Shown here: positions 55,043-64,000 of the stretch, in pieces
How the letters are laid out: each line of letters starts with the position of its first letter
Numbering within the stretch: position 1 is the stretch's first letter
NCBI GenBank assembly: GCA_951406725.2
Contig: OX597817.1
Span: 46,004,001 to 46,068,000 of the forward strand
DNA length: 64,000 bases
From: Octopus vulgaris
Taxonomy: Eukaryota
Direction: 5' to 3'
Position numbers and translations under genes: made by a program
Notes under the pieces: model-generated
What the model was told of the DNA's origin: nothing
The model's database searches: none
Seen by the model: the letters and a program-made list of their open reading frames with translations, nothing else

Positions 55043-56720
55043 GTGTATCTACATGCTTAACACACACATGCATTATACATACATGTATACACACATACGT
55101 CATTATATTTAAGAATTTAAGTAGTTAAGACTTTCTCTACACAACCACAAAATTTCCATTCGACCCACTTCGAAGATAATAAAGACATTTTGTCTCGTAC
55201 GTCATATTGTGAGTTAATGTTATTCTCTTTTCACATTTTTTATTCTTTTTGGTAATTTCAGGCAATATAATCACTGTAAATATCGCAATTAAATTTCTTT
55301 AAATAAATATAGCCACATTTCTAGATACCAAGTGATGCTGAATAAATCCGAAAATCACACCACATAATTACTTATTTATGACCAGGGAAAATAATCGATG
55401 GCGAATTCATTGCATTCGTCATTCGAAAAACAACTTTATATACAAAAACATCATTGAATGGTTTATTGGTTCTCAAGTTACAACATTTGTAATAATTAGA
55501 GCATTGTATTGTAATATGGCATTGATATTAATTGTAATATTGAATTACGACGAGAAAATATGATGTGAATTGAAAGAGCCTAAATGCAATTTCCTGTTAA
55601 TTCTTGGTGAATGCTTTTGCGAATCAGGATGTGGCGCAATAAACATCGAGATACCCATGGGTGTATGATAAGATTATTGCTCTGTCTTTCAACGAACCGA
55701 CTTCTAGTAATAATTTGAACGTATTTATACATGTAAATAATGTCCAGAATCTAAAGAGATCCGGCGGTGCAGTATTTCGGAAACAACGTTTTGTATTTTA
55801 TTTTGAAAACTTCAGTTACGTTCTAAGAAAAATAGCGTTGACTCATAACACACGAAATACAGTAAGTTCATAGTCAAGAAACACAGAGAACATTTACATC
55901 GTTCCTCAGCTTCATAATTGGTGACTAAGATTATGGTGACTAATATTATGGTGACTAACATTCAGTAACATTCAATCCAGCGTTGACAACAGCGTTAAAT
56001 CCATAAATGTTGCCTAAGAATTAACAGATAAGAAGAAAGAATAGAACATTGGTCTAGTATATATATTACATCTTCGTATGCTTCTTATTACTAATGCAAA
56101 CATGAAATCTCTAACATAAGTAGTATCTTTATTATTGCTACGAAGCACAGAAATATAAGAAAAAACACAACACAGAAAACAAAATAAATTCCTCAAAGTG
56201 GACATCTCAACACCAAGAATTATAGACCCTCGAATCATGGAATATTAAAACGATATATATCAAACTAAAAGTGATTGGGTATAGTCGAAAATACATGTTG
56301 TCAATAGAAAAAGTGGAAAAGATACTAACCTGCGGAATAAACCAAAATCGGCAAAAATATAGATTAATTAAAGAACATAAAACAAAAGTCTCTGTTGACC
56401 AACGCAGGTAAAAAACATTGAAAACATAATCAAGAGGAAATAAACTCGTAGAGGGAAATATCGCTTTAAATATTAAGCTCCAATCGCCTTAACACATAGG
56501 AATAAACCAATGCAGACCAATAACTATTAAATATAAACCTTAATTATATTATATATATATATATATATGTAATCGAATATTTCATCTCAACTCTATAAAT
56601 AGTATATAATTCACTATAGCAATCGTAGAGAAAATACACTTAAAACAGAAAACAACTAAAACGAATTAAATGAAAACCAGCAGAATAGTGTATCATTAAA
56701 TGTCAGGCATTAATCACCCT

Positions 56721-57220
56721 GTGGAGGCGCAATGTCCCTGTGGTTAGGAAACCGGTCTCGCGGTTTCGATTCCTAGACTGGGCGTTGTGTGTGTTTATTG
56801 ATCGAAAACAGCTAAAACCTCCACGAGACCCCGGCAGGGATGGGGGTGACCCCTGTTATTCTCTTTCGCTACAACTTTCTCTCACTCTCTCTTCCTGTTT
56901 CTTACGTTCTAAGAAAAATAGCGTTGACTCATTTAGTCTGTGTCAAACTAGAAGTGCCCTGACAATAGACATCAGTTGTCCGTATGGTCACAAGATAACG
57001 AAGACGAATCTGAATATCTGAAAATATATTTCTGACATAGGAAACAGAATAGTGTACGTATTTTTGTCGCAATAAGTGCAACAAAACACTTATATATACA
57101 ATTGTATATTTGTTGCGATAGACTAGCGTCCCGTCCAGCTGGAGGGAACAAATACGCCACAGAAACCCGGAAACCGGGTCCATGAGCCTGGCTGGGCTTA
57201 AACAGGGCGAAGAAAGAAGA
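56721..57220 (+). mobile_element. SINE family B with 12-bp TSD, split by a 210-bp insertion
   Basis: TSD ATTAATCACCCT at 56709-56720 and 57221-57232; SINE halves 56721-56901 and about 57112-57220. Confidence 0.88.
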
Positions 57221-57356
57221 ATTAATCACCCTGACGTAGAAATCAATCAATATAGACCTGTAGGATCAAATACAAAAGTTTAATTGTAGTAAGCATGTTC
57301 AAACTACAATTTTCATCTGGTAAGTAGGTATGCATATACTAAGCGTGTGTATATGT

Positions 57357-57393
<37 letters not shown>

Positions 57394-58637
57394 CATATGT
57401 GTGTTTGTGAGTATGTGTTTCTCTCTATACGATAACTAGTTCATTAAAATACGCTTTGTAAACTATAATTTATGTACGATTTTTAATTTTTTTATTCGTA
57501 TTAATGTATTGCAAACTATAATGTGAAGGAGAGGAATTATAACGATGCTCAAGAAAATGTACAAGATTGTTTGATGTTAATGTGATTTCAAAAATAATTA
57601 TTTTCAAAACATTTACTTGATCTTGATATTTAACCAACCTCTTTTCTAATTTAACAAGTATTCCTTTCTGCATTTGAAAAATGTAGCATATATTAGTTTA
57701 ACTTTTGCACCTGTTCTTTATCCTGTAATGATACTCATAATACTAAACCCGCTTTTAAGAAATCACACAATATATCTACAATGCACACGCTCTTCCACGA
57801 AACCATGGCACAAAACATATACTATATATATCAAGAGACCAATAAAGGAAGAAGAAGAGAGAGAGAGGGGTACTAGAATGGTATATATAAGAAAATAGGT
57901 ATATACATAAATTTGAGAGCACGTGAAAGGAAACGGTCTGCTAGGCTCTAATGACGTACACAGATAAGATAAAATGTGACGCTTGAAATCTGCCAAGATG
58001 TGGTGGCAGTTTAAATATATACATTTATTGTTAGAGTTGTACATAACTTTATGAAGAACTTACAGCGTTAAGTTATAAGAACATCGTATTTACTGGAGTT
58101 GAAAGCATTAAATCGACGCCATACATTTTAGCAGTAATGCAAAAATGTATGGCGTTGATTCTTCATCAGCTGCGAGTTTGTAACTTACTGTGATAATAGG
58201 TATTAGAGAATAGCGTTGGTTTGAGTATGAAACTCCTGGTAACAGCTTTGAGAGCAGAATTTTTCAAGGACCGTAACGAGGTGAAACCGAATTCAGTCTG
58301 CTTATACTGTCAAGTTCCATAAATATATTTATACCTTCAACTTAAAATGCTGGCAGACTCTTAGTTATTTGTGAAGAGTATAGTGTGTTAGACTGGCTAC
58401 AGTATTTTACATGTATCATAACTATTCTAGTTAAATAATACAATATGTCCAAATGTTACTTCCGATGTTCAGACTGGAGAAAGGAAGGAAATCTCAAACT
58501 CAAGAAACAAATATTTTTTACATACATTAAGCACCTGGGAAGCAAATGAAAACTAGTGAATAGTGACGAAGAAATAAGAAATAATGAAATACCCGACTTC
58601 ACTCTGCTTATACTGTCAAGCTCCATAAATGTATTTA

Positions 58638-59057
58638 TACCTATTTCTTTACTACCCACAAGGGGCTAAATACAGAGGGGACAAAAAAAGACAGAAAAAC
58701 GGATTAAGTCGATTATATCGACCCCAGTGCGTAACTGGTACTTAATTTATCGACCCCGAGAGGATGAAAAGCAAAGTGGACCGCGGTGGAATTTGAACTC
58801 AGAACGTAGCGGCAGATGAAATACCTATTTCTTTATTACCCACAAGGGGCTAAACACAGAGAGGACAAACAAGGACAGACAAACGGATTAAGTCGATTAC
58901 ATCGACCCCAGTATGTAATTGGTCCTTAATTTATCGACCCCGAGAGGATGAAAGGCAAAGTCGACCTCGAGGGAATTTGAACTCAGAACGTAGAGGCAGA
59001 CGAAATACCGCTAAGCATTTCTCCCAGCGTGCTAACGATTCTGCCAGCTCGCCGCCT
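58638..59057 (-). mobile_element. SINE family A, dimer
   Basis: Two units with the GAAATACCTATTTC junction at about 58820. Confidence 0.9.
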
Positions 59058-59837
59058 TTTACTTCCGATTTTCAGACTGGAGAAATAAATGAAAGCTGAA
59101 ACTCACGAAACAAATATTTTTGTTACATATCTAAGCACCTGGGAAGCAAATGAAAACTAGTGAATAGTGACGGAAAAATAAGAATTAATGAAATGTTACA
59201 ATGAGTCAGGTGGATTTTACACCGTCCTAAAACCATCTAAAATTATGACTGTGTCAGAAATATATTTTCAGATATTCAGATTCGTCTTCCTTATCTTGGT
59301 GACCATACGAATTACTGACGTCTATAACCAGGGCACTTCGAGTTTGACACAGACTAAACGTTTTGATTAGGAAATAGCCAGTAGGAAATCAAAATCCCCA
59401 TAAAACAAGGCTTGAATTCGGTATTTTACTAATTCATATTCTTTTATTCTTTTACTTGTTTCGGCCATTTGACTGCAGCCTTGCTGGAGCACTTATTGTG
59501 ACAAAAAGACATACAATATTCAGTTCCCTATCGCTACCAGGCTATAACTACTTCGCTGATCTGATGTTCTGTAAGTCCATTGTCGGACTACTCGCCATAA
59601 CACCTTGTCGGACTACTCGCCATAACACCGTTAACAGTATATCTCTTACTTCACGTTTCTTCACAATATTTAGGCTCAGTTTATATATATATGTATGTGT
59701 GTGCGCGTGTGTATATGCGTGTGTATGAATCTACATAATATGTGTGTATATATGTGTGTATGTGTTTACGTATATAATATATTTCCAAATATGTGTATAT
59801 GAGTGTATGCACGTCTATATGTATATATTTTTTCTAC

Positions 59838-60010
59838 TCAAGACAGAAGGCCCGAAATTTTCTTTGAGGGTCAGTCGATTACATCCACCCCAGTATGCAA
59901 CTGGTAGTTAATTTATCGACCCCGAAAAGATGAATGGCAAAGTCGACCTCGGCGGAATTTGAACTCAGAACGTAGCGGCAGACGAAATACCGCTAAGCAT
60001 TTCGCTAGCT
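59838..60010 (-). mobile_element. SINE family A variant
   Basis: CGACCCCGAAAAGATGAATGGCAAAGTCGACCTCGGCGGAATTTGAACTCAGAACG. Confidence 0.8.
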
Positions 60011-60207
60011 CACATAAAAATTCTTTCAGAATCAGATTCCAAATGGTGACGATATAGAAGAGACTTGTCATTTATGTTTTCAACCCCGTCAGTCAGCAGC
60101 TGGTCTTAAAAGTAATTTAAGGGCTCATCAACGGAATGATTGTTCTATGTGCTCGGGTGTAGTGTGTGTGTTTTGATGGGACGGTTACCTTCTGTCAAGA
60201 TGATGCA

Positions 60208-60246
<39 letters not shown>

Positions 60247-60394
60247 TCCCAAATATATACGTTATATATATTATTTTGCACATTACTTAATCATTGTTAT
60301 ATATTTTATCTTATATTTAATCTTTCTATAAGATGTAATTTTTCTAAATGGTATAATTTAATTTTTCATTATTGAATTGATAAAAGGCGTTTTT

Positions 60395-60499
<105 letters not shown>

Positions 60500-61747
60500 T
60501 AAGACGTGTAATACTCGGAGTGATACACATACAATTCACCGATATTTACATGTGTTTGAATAGGTGGATGTATGCATATATATATATATTACTGGATATT
60601 TTTAAAGATAAACGCCCACACAATGATGTACAACTTCTCGGTTTTAGGAACGGGAAATACTCATCACTGTATAGCATTAAATTATAGCTAGGGCGTATTC
60701 TAAAACTAATAAATTCTAATTATCATACAGAAAGTGCTCATACGTAAATTAAAGCGTAGACGCATAGTAATCGTATGAATTTAGACATATACAGGTTTAT
60801 GCGTATCATTCTGTGTGCATGAACATATGTGTGCTAGTATACTTTTTATCTGTTTGTCTCTCTCTCTCTCTATTTCTCTCTCTCTCGTTCTCTTTCTCTC
60901 TATTTCTCTCTCTCCTTCTCTTTCTCTCTCTCCTTCTCTTTCTCTCTATTTCTCTCTCTCTCTATATATTTCTCTCTCTCTCTCCCTCTCTCCCTCTCTG
61001 TATTTGTGTTTCTGTTTGTTGCCGTGGAAAAAGATTTGTGCATAATTTTAGGAATGAATGACATTCTAGACATAGCACATTTTTGTAAAGAAATATAGCG
61101 TTTTAATTATATTCTCGTATATGACAGTGAGAAACAAAAACTTATATATCATTGAACAATGAGAAGAAACATCGACACTGATGAATTGATCTAAGGACGT
61201 TGTGAGATATAGCTCTAAGTAACGAAGTATGTTTATTCATACGCACTTCACTAACTGTTTGTTGACCGCGCTTAAAGAGTACAAACACGATTTGATTCGG
61301 TGCTATGAACGGCGGGCATTGAGATAGAAAAGAGAAACATGAGAATGAGAGACAGAGAGAGAGAGAGAGAGAAAGAATGAAAGAAAACAAAGAGAGGGAG
61401 GAAGAGAATTAACGGGGGATAGAGATTGAGAATGAATGAGAATACTACGGCTGTGACTACCAAAGAGATCAAAAACTAAGAACGCAGAAAAAAGATAAAA
61501 ACCAGACCGATATACCGATCACTTTCAAACTCAGAGAAGAGGTAGAGAGTGACAGGGAGAGGGGGAGTGAAACTGGGAAAAAGAGAGAAAGGAGGAAAGA
61601 GAGTGAGGTAAAATAGAAGTAGCTTCAGAAATGTGTATAGTTAAAATATAAAACTTCTGTAAAGACAAACCAAGTATGTTTATAAATGATTATTCGTACA
61701 CATATATAAACACACACACGCGCACGCACATATATAAATAGATAAGC

Positions 61748-61818
<71 letters not shown>

Positions 61819-61950
61819 CGTGTGTGTGTGATAACATTCGATCACAGCACCAGTAACAGTTAAGCTTCGTGCAATGGCTATACTCGATAACGAGGGGGCA
61901 GCCATAATATATATATAATATATATGTGTATGTACATATACATACATGTG

Positions 61951-62006
<56 letters not shown>

Positions 62007-62087
62007 TACATGTATACATCCATACATGTGTACATACATACATATATGTATATATACATATATTTATATATATATATATATATACAC

Positions 62088-62123
<36 letters not shown>

Positions 62124-62129
<6 letters not shown>

Positions 62130-62271
62130 AATATAAGAGAGTGGTCACTATATGGCTCACTCTAGCACCAGTTAATCCAAAAGGTTTCAACCACAAAAAT
62201 ACATGTTTCCCATGAAAGTCAATACGATTGTTAGCTCACACGGACAGGGCAAATAAAAAATAACAAAAATA
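62124..62271 (-). repeat. Inverted partial copy of the 535-bp unit
   Basis: Reverse complement of 62697-62844 (one mismatch seen), directly after (TA)n. Confidence 0.93.
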
Positions 62272-62600
62272 TATGAGCCATATAGTGACCACTCTCTTAT
62301 ATTTATTTTGTAAAAATATTATAATATATTATAAAATATTATAATAATCCAGGTTTCTCGGAGCACTAGGCCACTTGGTGTTGAATAGATATACTATTAA
62401 ATTAGTATCTAATTCTCTCACCCTTATTAATTAATTATAATTATGCTGCATTTATTTCTAAATGCAGTATTTGTTTTCCGTGAAAGTTTGGCGCGCTGTT
62501 AGTTGGGGCATTTGAATTATAACGTCGGATGTAATCAATTGAACCACACGCGTATTTATCGTTATGGTAAAATCTGGCGTGTGATTGAGTGGATTTCATC

Positions 62601-62696
62601 CAGATAGTTTTGGCTGACGAGCTACAAGTGGATTTTTTTGTAAGTAAAATTACATTTAATTCATTAATAGCGAAACAATTGTCCCAAAATAATCTG
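62601..62696 (+). ncRNA. Type I hammerhead ribozyme, unit 1 (intact)
   Basis: CAGATAG-TTTTGG-CTGACGA-GCTA..(43 nt)..TAGC-GAAA-CAATTG-TC-CCAAAA-TAATCTG; predicted cleavage after C62683. Confidence 0.9.
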
Positions 62697-63135
62697 TATT
62701 TTTGTTATTTTTTATTTGCCCTGTCCGTGTGAGCTAACAATCGTACTGACTTTCATGGGAAACATGTATTTTTGTGGTTGAAACCTTTTGGATTAACTGG
62801 TGCTAGAGTGAGCCATATAGTGACCACTCTCTTATATTTATTTTGTAAAAATATTATAATATATTATAAAATATTATAATAATCCAGGTTTCTCGGAGCA
62901 CTAGGCCACTTGGTGTTGAATAGATATACTATTAAATTAGTATCTAATTCTCTCACCCTTATTAATTAATTATAATTATGCTGCATTTATTTCTAAATGC
63001 AGTATTTGTTTTCCGTGAAAGTTTGGCGCGCTGTTAGTTGGGGCATTTGAATTATAACGTCGGATGTAATCAATTGAACCACACGCGTATTTATCGTTAT
63101 GGTAAAATCTTGCGTGTGATTGAGTGGATTTCATC

Positions 63136-63231
63136 CAGATAGTTTTGGCTGACGAGCTACAAGTGGATTTTTTTGTAAGTAAAATTACATTTAATTCATT
63201 AATAGCGAAACAATTGTCCCAAAATAATCTG
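63136..63231 (+). ncRNA. Type I hammerhead ribozyme, unit 2 (intact)
   Basis: Identical to unit 1; predicted cleavage after C63218. Confidence 0.9.
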
Positions 63232-63670
63232 TATTTTTGTTATTTTTTATTTGCCCTGTCCGTGTGAGCTAACAATCGTACTGACTTTCATGGGAAACAT
63301 GTATTTTTGTGGTTGAAACCTTTTGGATTAACTGGTGCTAGAGTGAGCCATATAGTGACCACTCTCTTATATTTATTTTGTAAAAATATTATAATATATT
63401 ATAAAATATTATAATAATCCAGGTTTCTCGGAGCACTAGGCCACTTGGTGTTGAATAGATATACTATTAAATTAGTATCTAATTCTCTCACCCTTATTAA
63501 TTAATTATAATTATGCTGCATTTATTTCTAAATGCAGTATTTGTTTTCCGTGAAAGTTTGGCGCGCTGTTAGTTGGGGCATTTGAATTATAACGTCGGAT
63601 GTAATCAATTGAACCACACGCGTATTTATCGTTATGGTAAAATCTTGCGTGTGATTGAGTGGATTTCATC

Positions 63671-63766
63671 CAGATAGTTTTGGCTGACGAGCTACAAGTG
63701 GATTTTTTTGTAAGTAAAATTACATTTAATTCATTAATAGCGAAACAATTGTCCCAAAATAATCTG
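63671..63766 (+). ncRNA. Type I hammerhead ribozyme, unit 3 (intact)
   Basis: Identical to unit 1; predicted cleavage after C63753. Confidence 0.9.
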
Positions 63767-64000
63767 TATTTTTGTTATTTTTTATTTGCCCTGTCCGTGT
63801 GAGCTAACAATCGTACTGACTTTCATGGGAAACATGTATTTTTGTGGTTGAAACCTTTTGGATTAACTGGTGCTAGAGTGAGCCATATAGTGACCACTCT
63901 CTTATATTTATTTTGTAAAAATATTATAATATATTATAAAATATTATAATAATCCAGGTTTCTCGGAGCACTAGGCCACTTGGTGTTGAATAGATATACT

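Larger units (their letters stand above)
62274..64000 (+). repeat. 535-bp tandem array (at least 3.2 units, runs off the window), hammerhead-containing retrozyme-like satellite
   Basis: GAGCCATATAGTGACCACTCTC at 62275, 62810, 63345, 63880; units identical except one G/T site noticed (AATCTGGCG vs AATCTTGCG). Confidence 0.96.

Noticed and set aside
58111-58169. 19-bp hairpin adjacent to CTGATGA on the minus strand
   Set aside because: No GAAA, stem III or stem I after the hairpin; at best a rearranged remnant
59580-59630. Short tandem duplication TGTCGGACTACTCGCCATAACACC x2 (also TGGTGACTAA x3 near 55920)
   Set aside because: Ordinary slippage duplications with no further structure
62274-64000. 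Array as CRISPR, rDNA/5S or a coding repeat
   Set aside because: No repeat-spacer structure, no rRNA similarity recognised and no long ORF in the unit

Overview
AT-rich, microsatellite-saturated animal genomic DNA. The SINE families and repeat landscape resemble a coleoid cephalopod (Octopus-like); this is an inference. No confident host gene was found, and almost all ORFs in the track are microsatellite artefacts. Real coding traces are transposon-derived: a 5'-truncated Penelope-like element (RT plus GIY-YIG endonuclease, 24660-26024, minus strand), decayed mariner/Tc1 transposases, RTE and R4/Dong LINE fragments, and one unexplained 201-aa ORF whose downstream tail matches a SINE tail. Three tRNA-derived SINE families and a TTAGGG-carrying MITE recur. 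The main hidden signal is about 17 type I hammerhead ribozyme (HHR) motifs, intact or decayed, mostly with a short palindromic stem III, in at least 8 unrelated non-coding element families. These include a young, near-identical 535-bp tandem array with one intact HHR per unit (62124-64000, retrozyme-like), rod-like foldback elements with an HHR at the hairpin tip, and a family with a compensatory U3-A8 core. All ribozyme calls come from reading sequence and pairing by eye; activity is untested.
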